A DNA stretch of 64,000 nucleotides from Verrucomicrobiota bacterium (lineage in GTDB: Bacteria; Verrucomicrobiota; Verrucomicrobiia; Limisphaerales; AAA164-E04): positions 1,728,001 to 1,792,000 of the forward strand of contig CP170459.1 in assembly GCA_047947115.1 (NCBI GenBank). The letters run 5' to 3'. The notes beneath the pieces are model-generated. The model ran no database searches. It was given only the letters and a program-made list of their open reading frames with translations, and was not told the DNA's origin. How positions within the stretch are numbered: position 1 is the first letter of the stretch; every line of letters starts with the position of its first letter. Positions 11,172 through 20,938 of this stretch are shown here, piece after piece. Made by a program: the position numbers and the translations under genes.

Positions 11172-12486
11172 ATGAAACATCAAACAACCGTTGATGGATG
11201 CGTACGCGTATCCTGGAAGGTGTACCTGCTGTGTACGCTGCTCGCACTTCAGGCAAACATTATGACCGCCCAGGGCAATCGGCCCGCGCAGGCAGGTCGG
11301 AATCAAATAGAAATCACCAGTGCTGAACCCGATCTGGATGCTGATACACTTCTTATCACAGGTCGGCACTTGGGCAGCATTTTTAACGGAAGCGTCCAGT
11401 TGTATCTCGCGGAAGATGGATTTATCTGTAATTGATTTCAGCCCGTTAACCCAACAGATCCTCGTTGAACTTCCCGACGGCTTGGAAGCTTACGCCGGAT
11501 CTCATTTGCTCATTGTGCATTCCGGGAACGGAGCCAATGGAATGGATGCATTCAATATCACGTTCGGAACTGTTGGCCCTTCCGGACCTCTGGGACCTCA
11601 AGGCGAACCCGGTCCGAAGGGGGACAAAGGAGATACAGGTGATCAAGGACCAAAAGGAGACACGGGAGACGCTGGTCCACAGGGTGATCAGGGTGATCAG
11701 GGACCGCAAGGCGAGGTAGGCCCGAAGGGGGATGCTGGAGATACCGGACCGACTGGCCCGAAGGGGGACAAAGGTGACAAGGGAGATCAAGGAGAGAAGG
11801 GCGACACCGGCGACAAAGGTGAAAAAGGCGATCCGGGGGATCAAGGCCCCAAAGGAGATCCTGGAGCAACAGGCCCTCAGGGCATTCAAGGGATTCAAGG
11901 GATTCAAGGGATTCAAGGTCCGAAGGGTGATAAGGGAGATCAAGGTGATCCAGGAACACCAGGTGCGGGCGTGCCCTTAACGAGCACACCTGGAAACATT
12001 CTTCGTTCGGATGGAGTGCAGTGGGTGGAAGTTCCATTTCCCACGACTTCCACTGGCAACACAGGTGGTAATCAGCCCTTCAGTGTGCGCGACCCATCTC
12101 TAGCGGTGAACTATATCATTGCTCTTCAGGGGCTATTTCCTTCCCGATCGAGTGCCGATCCCTTCATAGGCGAAATCATCATGTTCGGAGGTAATTTTGC
12201 ACCTCGGGGTTGGGCTTTTTGCGATGGACAATTACTTCCTATCTCAAGCTACAGCGCCTTGTTCTCCATATTGGGTACCACTTTTGGAGGAGATGGTCGT
12301 ACAACCTTTGCTCTCCCGGATTTGAGGGGACGCGCAGCGATACACGAAGGTTCTGGTCCTGGATTGTCGAGCGTTTCATTGGGGCAAAGAATCGGGAGTT
12401 TGGATGCCACATTGAATGTCAATCATTTGCCCGCACACAATCACTCACTCAATGTTGATGATGCCCCGGTTCCGGCTACTCCATAA
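11172..12486 (+). pseudogene. Secreted collagen-like protein with C-terminal phage tail-collar (MdpB-like) domain; frameshift near 11415-11430
   Basis: Signal peptide and Ig/IPT-like start in ORF 11172-11435; ~45 G-X-Y triplets and [25 protein letters not shown]...[10 protein letters not shown] in ORF 11320-12486. Confidence 0.85.
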
Positions 12487-12588
12487 GGATTGCCTGGCCA
12501 GGAATGGCATGTGGAACTGACATCATCCGGAGAGCCTGAAGAAGGAGTTGCTTGAACGGATTAACAAAGTTCAGAATGAATCACTCAA

Positions 12589-12627
12589 GGGTCTGGAGGA
12601 CGTTGTGGCTCACTCCAGACCCATTTT
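12589..12627 (+). terminator. Probable intrinsic terminator
   Basis: GGGTCTGGAG...CTCCAGACCC 10-bp stem followed by ATTTT. Confidence 0.55.
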
Positions 12628-12648
12628 AACTCATCTCACTTTTCTAGT

Positions 12649-14376
12649 ATGGGAGTCATTTCGTTTATCGTAAGATGGAAGATTAGTTTGCTTATATGTT
12701 TGATTACCTTCGTAAGGTTATGTGTTTGCGGGCAACCATCGACCCAACCGTGGCACCTTTCCGCTGTCAACCTTCCTGCGAAAATGGGCATTCAAAAAAA
12801 TGGGAACCCGATTGTAGTCGCCATTGTTGATGACGGCATGCGTGGGACGCATGAAAGGATCCAACCATTTCTCTGGCGCAACCCGGGAGAAGTTCCATTC
12901 AACGGTGTCGATGATGATCAAAATGGATTTGTTGATGATGTGGCGGGATGGGATGTATCCGATGATGATCCCAATACGACGCCTCCACCGACGCGTCTTG
13001 AGGAATTTTACCACGGGACGCATCTTGCCGGAGTGGTTGCTCAAATGGCGAACAGGGTTTTGGGGGAAGAAGCCCACAACTATATCAAGATCCTTCCTGT
13101 CAAATCCATTTCCGATTACTCGCAGCGAAGCTATTTGAAAGAAGGTTACAAAGGAATTGAATATGCCGTCTCCGTTGGGGCTGACATCATATTATGTGCC
13201 TGGAATGTCGGGCGCATCAAAGCCGACGAAGCCAGAATCTTGCAGCAGGCGGCTCAAAAAGGGTGTTTCGTTGTCGGTGCCGCTGGAAATTATCCCGACA
13301 ATAAGGAAGTTTTCCCTGCGGCATACGAGACCGTTTTTGCCGTCGCGGGGCTGGACCGCATCAACCAGAAAATGCCTGAATCCAACTACGGCACGTTTGT
13401 TGATTTATCCGCTCCCGGCGTCGATATTCTCGGTGCTGGAACGGTATCCGATCAGGCGGTCCTATTCAAGACAGGCACTTCCCAAGCGTCCGCCATTGTT
13501 GCCTGCGCGGCGGCATTGCTTAAAGTGTTGCACCCTCATTACACACGATTGGAAATGGAGATGGCATTGAAAAATGTGTCCCAACCTCTGGCGATGGATA
13601 ATCCTCTTTGGAATGCGAGACTGGGCAGTGGAAGATTGGACGTTGCAGCGACCTTGGCATCAGACGCCTTGTCACCGCGCCATTCCGGCAAGGAAAACCT
13701 TGAGCGTTCACAGGGGTTCTTACACTATCGCTCAATTGACGACCTGACTCCGGTAACCTGGGAGATCAAACATGAAGCAACAGCGAACGGAACTTGGCTT
13801 TCCATGGCTTTTATGAACGCCTTGCCAGGTGATGGTTTGCTCCAGATATTTCCAACCCATAATGGCGTTCCCCAAGCAGACAAAAGACAATCGATTCGCT
13901 TGGGAGACATGCATGCTCCGTTATGGATTGAAGGCGCTTCCCCTGTGGTGATGTTCTACCCTGACAAGGAAGTTTCATCACTGGAATGGGTGATGCGTTA
14001 CCAGATGCAACCGAACGATTTGACAACAAGATTTTGTGAAGGTGTCCTGCAATTATCCCAACCTGGTATCATAGAAGATGGCAGTGGTGATGCCCCATAT
14101 TCCCCACATACAAACTGCAAATGGCATATCACCGCGCCGGAAGGAAAAGTTGTTCGATTTCACTTTTTAAAATTCGACACCGAACCCAATAACGATTCCC
14201 TTTACTTTTTCAACGGCAGGGAAACACAGAAAAACACCCTTGCCATTTTTAGCGGTCAAAATGTTCCATCCGACTTCGATTCGCCGGGATCCGACGTCAT
14301 CATCTGGTTTCTCTCGGATGATCACAACCAGGCCGATGGGTGGAAACTGGAGTATGAGTTCGTGACACACCATTAG
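12649..14376 (+). CDS. S8 (subtilase) serine peptidase with C-terminal CUB domain
   Basis: Catalytic motifs VAIVDDG, HGTHLAG, GTSQAS; insert DDDQNGFVDDVAGWD; CUB motif YSPHTNCKWHI...VRFHFLKFDTE...DSLY. Confidence 0.9.
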   Translation: MGVISFIVRWKISLLICLITFVRLCVCGQPSTQPWHLSAVNLPAKMGIQKNGNPIVVAIVDDGMRGTHERIQPFLWRNPGEVPFNGVDDDQNGFVDDVAGWDVSDDDPNTTPPPTRLEEFYHGTHLAGVVAQMANRVLGEEAHNYIKILPVKSISDYSQRSYLKEGYKGIEYAVSVGADIILCAWNVGRIKADEARILQQAAQKGCFVVGAAGNYPDNKEVFPAAYETVFAVAGLDRINQKMPESNYGTFVDLSAPGVDILGAGTVSDQAVLFKTGTSQASAIVACAAALLKVLHPHYTRLEMEMALKNVSQPLAMDNPLWNARLGSGRLDVAATLASDALSPRHSGKENLERSQGFLHYRSIDDLTPVTWEIKHEATANGTWLSMAFMNALPGDGLLQIFPTHNGVPQADKRQSIRLGDMHAPLWIEGASPVVMFYPDKEVSSLEWVMRYQMQPNDLTTRFCEGVLQLSQPGIIEDGSGDAPYSPHTNCKWHITAPEGKVVRFHFLKFDTEPNNDSLYFFNGRETQKNTLAIFSGQNVPSDFDSPGSDVIIWFLSDDHNQADGWKLEYEFVTHH

Positions 14377-14668
14377 CTTTCAACTCAGCGAGATTGGAAA
14401 GATGGATGCAACACGACTATTTGTTCATCCGCTTTGCATTTAGAAGCGATAAGCCAAGGTGCCTATCACGGAGAAATCAGCAAAAGCAGCATCACCATGG
14501 ACTCGGTTTCCGGGAGTGAAGTTTTCTTTGTCAGTCAGGCTTTGAACGCGATCTCGCAGCACAGCTACGGGTGTTGTTAATGAAAATTGCCAAGTATGAG
14601 ATGCGAGAACGCTACCCGTTTCTACCGAAAGCGTGTAACCTGGGCGCCTGAAACCTTTGCTGCCGTTT

Positions 14669-16723
14669 TTACTCCTGTGATATGAGTTGGAAGAATGTGG
14701 TTTCGGTAACTTGAATCGTTACGCTGGATGTCCCGTCGACGGTAGTCGGTTCTGTCGGGAAAGGGCTCCATGCGCCGGAGTTCAAATCCGACGTTGATTC
14801 GAGTTGGAAGTCTGCCGAATCCCCCGGCCATTGAATGGTGATTTCACCTGCTTCAGTGCGGCTGATTGCCAAAGCAGGTGTATTGTCCATGGGTTTGCAC
14901 TCTTCCAAAGGATTGATCCCCGCAAATGGTCCGCAAGGTCGGATCACGCCGTATTGGATGCGTGTGAAGTAGATCTTGTCGGTGAATACGAAGCGCGCTG
15001 CCGCCTGCGGGCCTTGGTTGACTCCGTTGAATTTCAGATTAGGGATTTCAAAATAGGCCTCCCGCCAGGTCCCGGTTCCTTCAAGCGTTGCGACTCTGTC
15101 TCCGGGAGTGAATCCGAAGGTGGTCAGTCCTCCAAGTTCCGTTTGGTAAACTTCGGGGCGAAAGGTGGCGCCGGTCAATTCCGGATCGTCATAATAGGTG
15201 ACGCAGATAGAAATGTGCGCATTGGGTTGGCTGGTCGGGCCGAACACTTCATCCTGAATGGCAAAGTTCATGTAGATATGGGGGAATCCGGGTGTGCCGT
15301 CATCCATGGCGGGGCGAACCGCTAGGCGCCGATCTCCGTCAGGTCCTGCTTCTTCCGTGATCATTTCCTGGTCGCCGCCATTGTTGCCCGCACCGAGGCC
15401 GTTCTGGATCTCGTTGTGCAGATCGTATTCAGCAAAGTTTCCGTAGAGGTCGGTGCAGATGGCGGGGTCTTCGAAACAATCGGTGAGGGGATCCTGTCCT
15501 GCCAAAGGATGTTCGCCGTCTCTGAGAATGGCCATATCCACGCGTGAGACGTAGAGACCGGTAGTTTCAAACATCAGGCGTGGTCCACCTGTCAGGTTGC
15601 CTGTGTTGACGCCTTTCAGATTCACGTCTGGAATGCGGAACGCGATCTTGCGCCATTCGCCGGATCCCTGGGTGACCCAAAGCTTGTTGGCCGGGAATAT
15701 ATCGATTCCCCCCTGTGCATCGGTAGCAAACGCTTCGGGACCGAATGAAATGCCGGTGAGTTCCGGATCATCATAATACTCGACGCATACCTTCACAACG
15801 ACCGGATCATTACAGGCTTTGCCTAGGTATTCTTCAGTGATGCCGAAATTCATATACATGCCATCGACGGTGGCCGCGCGGCGCCTGTCACCGGCCGGTC
15901 CGACGTTGGTGGCGATGCTCACATTCTGATCTCCGTTGTCGAGTAACTCCAGGTGATCGGCTGTTTCATTGGCCAGGTCGATCCATACATGGTTGGTTTC
16001 GGGTGGAGGTTCGCAAAAATCCTTGTCTAGAAACTGGTTGATTTCCTCCGGTTCGCCAAAGGCTCCCTCTTCGCCGAACGCCACCACACGCACGGTCAAT
16101 CCTGGAACGCCTTGAAATCGGATGGTGCCTCCGTTCACGCCACCGGCGCTGATGTTGCCTTGTGCATTGTCTGCGGGCTGATCAACGTAGCTGCCGCCAT
16201 CGGGGCGTATACCGTTTTCAATGCGGAACAATCCCCAATTCCACTTCCCATTGTTGGCTTCGACGGGGAGGGTGCCGCCTGTCACATTGTTCAGATTGCC
16301 GTCCGGCCCGTCAGGGAGGGTGCCGGTGAGGAAATCAAAATTGCGCGGGGTGCCGTCCGCCGCCAAGATTGAATCGTCGCCATAGAACTGGATCAGGATA
16401 TCAATGACGGGCTTATCGGCCCAGTCGAAATAAAAGGCGTCGGCGATGTTGAGGTAGTTTCCCAAAACCCGCGTGCCGCGTGCTCCGCCGATGACAACGC
16501 TGCGTGTTGCCTGGTCTCCGCCACTCAGTACGGTCAGATCTCCTTCAAACCAATTGTTGCCGAGTGGTTCATAGATCGCGTCCGGATCAGTGACGACGTA
16601 ATGCACTTCTTTTGAAGCGTCGGCAGTGGCCGGCCAATCGTCCGGAGAAAAGGGGCCTTGCTGGGCCAGGGTTCCGGTGATGCCGAGTGCAAGTAGAAGT
16701 GAGGCAACTGAAGTCTGTTTCAT
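14669..16723 (-). CDS. Secreted protein with 2-3 internal repeats of a beta-sandwich (CBM-like) domain and a C-terminal surface domain
   Basis: Signal peptide; duplicated GP.GDRR.A...YMNF.I...C V.YYDDPELTG..F.PE...G.W...F.IP....GVN units; C-terminal LESTSDL...W...FFQL. Confidence 0.75.
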   Translation of the reverse strand: MKQTSVASLLLALGITGTLAQQGPFSPDDWPATADASKEVHYVVTDPDAIYEPLGNNWFEGDLTVLSGGDQATRSVVIGGARGTRVLGNYLNIADAFYFDWADKPVIDILIQFYGDDSILAADGTPRNFDFLTGTLPDGPDGNLNNVTGGTLPVEANNGKWNWGLFRIENGIRPDGGSYVDQPADNAQGNISAGGVNGGTIRFQGVPGLTVRVVAFGEEGAFGEPEEINQFLDKDFCEPPPETNHVWIDLANETADHLELLDNGDQNVSIATNVGPAGDRRRAATVDGMYMNFGITEEYLGKACNDPVVVKVCVEYYDDPELTGISFGPEAFATDAQGGIDIFPANKLWVTQGSGEWRKIAFRIPDVNLKGVNTGNLTGGPRLMFETTGLYVSRVDMAILRDGEHPLAGQDPLTDCFEDPAICTDLYGNFAEYDLHNEIQNGLGAGNNGGDQEMITEEAGPDGDRRLAVRPAMDDGTPGFPHIYMNFAIQDEVFGPTSQPNAHISICVTYYDDPELTGATFRPEVYQTELGGLTTFGFTPGDRVATLEGTGTWREAYFEIPNLKFNGVNQGPQAAARFVFTDKIYFTRIQYGVIRPCGPFAGINPLEECKPMDNTPALAISRTEAGEITIQWPGDSADFQLESTSDLNSGAWSPFPTEPTTVDGTSSVTIQVTETTFFQLISQE

Positions 16724-16793
16724 GATATTCCTGTTGTTGATTCATTCATGACGCAATAAGCCGCTTGCGCGCTGTCTGATCGTTTCTGAATGC

Positions 16794-18665
16794 TTGAATT
16801 CAAGCTTTGGCCGGACTAAAAGTAAAGACATTAACACGTCCAGGTTCATTGGGAATTCCATCAACGCGAATGCATGCTTGTTCGCGGTTGTCTGGTTTGC
16901 GTGTGTGGCGATGGTTCGATCGGCAGAACCTGAGAACGTCCGTTTCAATGAAGCTCCCGGTGAATTTGTTAACTTTCCGAAAGAGCCAATCGACGACTTG
17001 GCATCCTGGACGACTCATGATCGGGTGATCATGACGCCCTACTTCTACTGGTATGATGTCTGGACCCAAGCGCATCTGCTGAATCCCGACCACTCAGACG
17101 CTCTCACAACACATCCGGCCACCTTGACAGGATTTTCCTATAAATCGGTTCAGTGGCATAAATCGCAACTGCTCGATATGGAAGCTGCCGGCATTGACGT
17201 TGTGCTGCCGGTTTACTGGGGTGATCCATCTCAATTGGCGGAAATTGGACCTTCCCACTGGAGCTATGCCGGGATACCTCCCTTGGTTGTCGCACGCGAA
17301 GAGCTGTTGAATGAGGGGAAATCACCTCCGCTCATCGGCATGTTTTATGACACCACCACACTGGAGCATAACGTCTGGAACGAGAAGATCGACCTGACCA
17401 CTCCTCGTGGGAGGGCTTGGTATTACGAATCCATCCGTGATTACTTTTCATACGTGCCTTCCAAGCACTGGGCCATGATCGATCATCAGCCGATCATCTT
17501 CACCTGGGTGTCCAGTTGGGCAAAAGCATACGATCAGTCTCATGTCACCGAATCCAAAAGAAGATTTGCTGAAGATTTCGGTGGGAGACCTTTCTACCTC
17601 GTTAAAGAGATTTCTTGGAATATCGAGTCGGATGATGTCTACGCATGGGGCGGGGCTTTTGGTTTGAGGCCGCTCAGTGTGGCGTCCCTCGGTCCCGGGT
17701 ATGACCATTCCAATGTGCCGGGACGGGATCCGGTTATCATTGATCGTGAGGATGGAGCTTTTTTCGAACGGAACTGGATCCGATTGCTTCGTTCCGGATT
17801 CAATCGCGTCATGATTGAAACGTGGAATGAATACCATGAGGGTACGGATATCTCGCATTCACTGGAATACGGTCGTCAATACATTGATCTCAACCGGCAG
17901 TACGCAGACCTTTTCAAAGAGAGATTTGTTCCGCCTCCCGTGGATGGGCCGTACGCCGAGTCAACGAAGGTTGATCTTGATTTTGCACATCCTAAAAATC
18001 CGGAAGCCATTCAATGGCTGGATTGGAGCGATGGTCCATCAGAACTGGTCTGGAACGACGGTGAAGCCTGCCGCAGATTCAAATCGGATTCTGATGACGT
18101 TTCCTACCTCTACTTTCGCGTGCATGATTCATTTCGGTGGGCAGGAACGCTGAATTTGAAACTACGTGTCACAGCGGAAGTTGATCGGAATGCCGCGTTG
18201 GACGTTCAGTTTGATGGATCCGATGCGATGGCGCCGTTCATGGGGGCGTATACTTCGGCACCGGTGGCCCTCAAGATCAGGGTGGCGCCTGATGTGTTGA
18301 CCTATGAATTTGATCTCAAGGACGCGCGTTTTTTGAATTCACAAAATGGCGGGGCCGACTTCAGGCTTCAAAAACTGAGGGGAAGTATTTGCATTCGATC
18401 TCTGGAGTTAATAAAGCCATTGGAAAACGGTAACAATGTCAGCCTTGGGCCTGGAATATCGATCGAATCCATTTCAGATACAAGCTTGTCGATAAAGGTG
18501 CAGGGCGTGTCTGGAACAAGATATGTTGTCGAATCTTCGCGAAACCTCAACGAATGGAGCCCTCTGTCCTCTTTGTTGATTGAGGACAATCGGGCAGTTG
18601 GCGAATTGAGCGTTCCAATCCGCTGGTCCATGCAATATTTCCGAGTGCGTCCCGCGTACCAGTAG
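16794..18665 (+). CDS. DUF5010-like putative glycoside hydrolase (GH71/99-like barrel) with CBM-like and C-terminal surface domains; true start probably downstream (~16871-16911)
   Basis: YFYWY, DMEAAGIDVVLPVYWG, IGMFYDT, PGYDHS..PGR, IETWNEYHEGT; QNGGADFRL domain. Confidence 0.75.
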   Translation: MNSSFGRTKSKDINTSRFIGNSINANACLFAVVWFACVAMVRSAEPENVRFNEAPGEFVNFPKEPIDDLASWTTHDRVIMTPYFYWYDVWTQAHLLNPDHSDALTTHPATLTGFSYKSVQWHKSQLLDMEAAGIDVVLPVYWGDPSQLAEIGPSHWSYAGIPPLVVAREELLNEGKSPPLIGMFYDTTTLEHNVWNEKIDLTTPRGRAWYYESIRDYFSYVPSKHWAMIDHQPIIFTWVSSWAKAYDQSHVTESKRRFAEDFGGRPFYLVKEISWNIESDDVYAWGGAFGLRPLSVASLGPGYDHSNVPGRDPVIIDREDGAFFERNWIRLLRSGFNRVMIETWNEYHEGTDISHSLEYGRQYIDLNRQYADLFKERFVPPPVDGPYAESTKVDLDFAHPKNPEAIQWLDWSDGPSELVWNDGEACRRFKSDSDDVSYLYFRVHDSFRWAGTLNLKLRVTAEVDRNAALDVQFDGSDAMAPFMGAYTSAPVALKIRVAPDVLTYEFDLKDARFLNSQNGGADFRLQKLRGSICIRSLELIKPLENGNNVSLGPGISIESISDTSLSIKVQGVSGTRYVVESSRNLNEWSPLSSLLIEDNRAVGELSVPIRWSMQYFRVRPAYQ

Positions 18666-18790
18666 ACGTGTTGCCTGGAAGATGACAGCCTCGCAGACGA
18701 TCTCTTGAAACAGTGCCCAATGAATGATTGTAACCATCGTTTGTTTCGCCACGTCTTTTGGAATCGCGGCAATGAGTGATCTAATACGAC

Positions 18791-20563
18791 ATGTTGCACC
18801 AAATACGTTCAACCAAACAAAAAATGGTAACCACGATGAAAAGAATCAAAAATGATGAAATGAATAGCCGTTCATCCGGGCTACTTCGAAAAGGATCCCT
18901 AAAGGTGGCCTGCACTCTTCAGTTAAGCGGGATGTGTTCGCTCCTGTTACTGTTTGGGCATGTATCCAAGGCGCAACCAACAGGTCCCTTTGGAGGCCCT
19001 CCCGGGCGCGGGCCGGGTGGTGGAAATCAACAACGCGAGATTGTTGATCAATTCGACATGGATGGGGATGGACGCCTTAACGCGGAGGAACGTGCTCAGG
19101 CAGTCGAGTTCATGAAGGCAAATCCTCAAGGTCGAGGTGGAGGCGGCCTTCGTTTTCGCGGTCCGGGTGATGGACGTGGTCCCGGCCGTGGACCGGGTGG
19201 ATTTCGCGGCCCCGGAAGGCGGGGAGGTCCGGGAGGTCCGGGGGGAATGGGACCCGGTGGACCCGGTGGACGTGGCGGACGTGGCGGACGTGGCGGACGT
19301 GGCGAAATCAGACCACTTGCTACAAAGGGTATTTCCCTGACGCCTGATGACGTGAAACACTATCTGGATGCACCTCTCTACGATGCCTCCGTACTGCGCA
19401 CTTTCTTCATCGATTTTGAGAATCCTGACTGGGAGACGGAAATGGTGGCATTTAACAATACCGATGTTGATGTTCCAGCCAAGGTGACGGTTGATGGCAA
19501 AGTGTATCCCGATGTGGGAATTCATTTTCGCGGCAACTCTTCTTTTGGCGTGGGTGATGGCTACAAACGTTCACTCAACCTGAGCTTTGATTTTGTGCAC
19601 CAAGGACAGTCGGTTCATGGATACCGCACTTTGAATTTCCTGAACGCGAATGAGGATCCGACCTTTCTGCACACCGTGTTGTCGCTCCGTATCGCCCGCG
19701 AATACATCCCGGCTCCTAAAGCCAATCTGGTGCGTGTAGTGATCAACGGGGAGAACTGGGGGATCTACGCCAACCAGCAACAGTTCAACAAAGATTTCCT
19801 TCAAGACTTTTTCGACACCAAGAAGGGCACACGTTGGAAAGTACCGCAAGGAGGGGCTCGCAATGGCATCGGTGCCTTCCGTTATGCCGGAGATGATGTG
19901 GATGCCTATCGAAACGTGTTTCAGATCAAGTCCAAAGACAAACCTGAAGCTTGGCAAGCCATCATTGGTTTGGCGGAAACTCTCGATCAAACACCTCTGG
20001 AAGTCTTGGAGTCAGCTTTGGCGGACAAATTGGATGTGGACAGTTACCTTCGCTTTCTGGCGCTCGACAATGCCTTGGTAAGCGGCGATGGATTCTGGAC
20101 ACGCGGAGCCGATTATACCATTTATCTGGATCCGGACGGGAGATTTCATTTTGTACCATACGACATGAACGAAATGTTCAGTTCCCATGGAGGAGGACGA
20201 GGGCCTGGAGGTGGTGGAGGAAATTACCAAGGTGGTACCGGAGTCGCACTTGAGCCTCTCGCAGGATTGTCTGATCCTCAAAAACCTATCATTTACCAGT
20301 TACTGTCGGTGCCTTCGTTGCAAGAAAAATACCTTGGATATGTTCGTGCGATTGCCGAAAACCACCTCGACTGGAATACCATTGGCCCATGGGTGAATCA
20401 ATACCGTGAACTGATTCAGGAAGATGTCCAGCGAGACACTCGCAAACTTTTCACAACTGAAGCATTCCTGAGCGGGACAGCCGATGTTTCATCGGGAGAG
20501 AGCCTGAGAGCATTCTTCGATCAACGCCGCGCGTTTCTGCTCAAACACAAAGATCTTCAGTAA
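18791..20563 (+). CDS. CotH-family secreted kinase with EF-hand-like motif and Gly/Arg/Pro-rich inserts
   Basis: FDMDGDGRLNAEE, VGIHFRGNSS, KRSLNL, GIYAN.Q, LDVDSYLRFLA, F.FVPYDMN. Confidence 0.85.
   Translation: MLHQIRSTKQKMVTTMKRIKNDEMNSRSSGLLRKGSLKVACTLQLSGMCSLLLLFGHVSKAQPTGPFGGPPGRGPGGGNQQREIVDQFDMDGDGRLNAEERAQAVEFMKANPQGRGGGGLRFRGPGDGRGPGRGPGGFRGPGRRGGPGGPGGMGPGGPGGRGGRGGRGGRGEIRPLATKGISLTPDDVKHYLDAPLYDASVLRTFFIDFENPDWETEMVAFNNTDVDVPAKVTVDGKVYPDVGIHFRGNSSFGVGDGYKRSLNLSFDFVHQGQSVHGYRTLNFLNANEDPTFLHTVLSLRIAREYIPAPKANLVRVVINGENWGIYANQQQFNKDFLQDFFDTKKGTRWKVPQGGARNGIGAFRYAGDDVDAYRNVFQIKSKDKPEAWQAIIGLAETLDQTPLEVLESALADKLDVDSYLRFLALDNALVSGDGFWTRGADYTIYLDPDGRFHFVPYDMNEMFSSHGGGRGPGGGGGNYQGGTGVALEPLAGLSDPQKPIIYQLLSVPSLQEKYLGYVRAIAENHLDWNTIGPWVNQYRELIQEDVQRDTRKLFTTEAFLSGTADVSSGESLRAFFDQRRAFLLKHKDLQ
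19268..19303 (+). repeat. 9-bp tandem repeat (GGACGTGGC)x4 encoding GRG/RGG
   Basis: Read directly from the sequence. Confidence 0.85.
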
Positions 20564-20616
20564 AACGAATCACATAGCCCAGCGTCTGCTTTCGCAAAAA
20601 AGCAGTCATAAAAGTT

Positions 20617-20664
20617 GATCCGATCTACCCGGGGAGTCGCCTGACCCTGTGGGTGGATCGGATC
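20617..20664. repeat. Inverted pair of GTAG/GTGG-ATCGGATC REP-like motifs
   Basis: GATCCGATCTACCC...GGGTGGATCGGATC, 13/14 complementary. Confidence 0.55.
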
Positions 20665-20775
20665 GGTTGCATGAACTCTTGACAAGGCCATCCTCAAAAT
20701 CTTTCAGCTACTTGCTTTGCAACATGACGGATGGCGTTGTTTCGCTTTTGCCTCTGGTGTTCCTTTTGTTGAGGC

Positions 20776-20928
20776 TCACTTGTTGGGTAAAGTGCTTGGG
20801 ATCCTGTGTGTTTTTCGGATGTTGTTGAAGTAGTTTACGTTGATGAAGTGGATGATGCCGAGGACCAGCATGACCACGGCTAGTTTTGTGGCAGCATATT
20901 CGATGCCTTCGGTTATGTTGCTCCAGGG
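20776..20928 (-). pseudogene. 3' fragment of a small integral membrane protein
   Basis: Start-less 50-codon frame PWSNITEGIEYAATKLAVVMLVLGIIHFINVNYFNNIRK...*; a TM helix with LG.IHF.N. Confidence 0.5.
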
Positions 20929-20938
20929 TTATAGGTAG

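Noticed and set aside
11570..12486. Prophage tail fibre / prophage region
   Set aside because: The gene has a signal peptide, and no capsid, terminase, integrase or other tail genes are nearby
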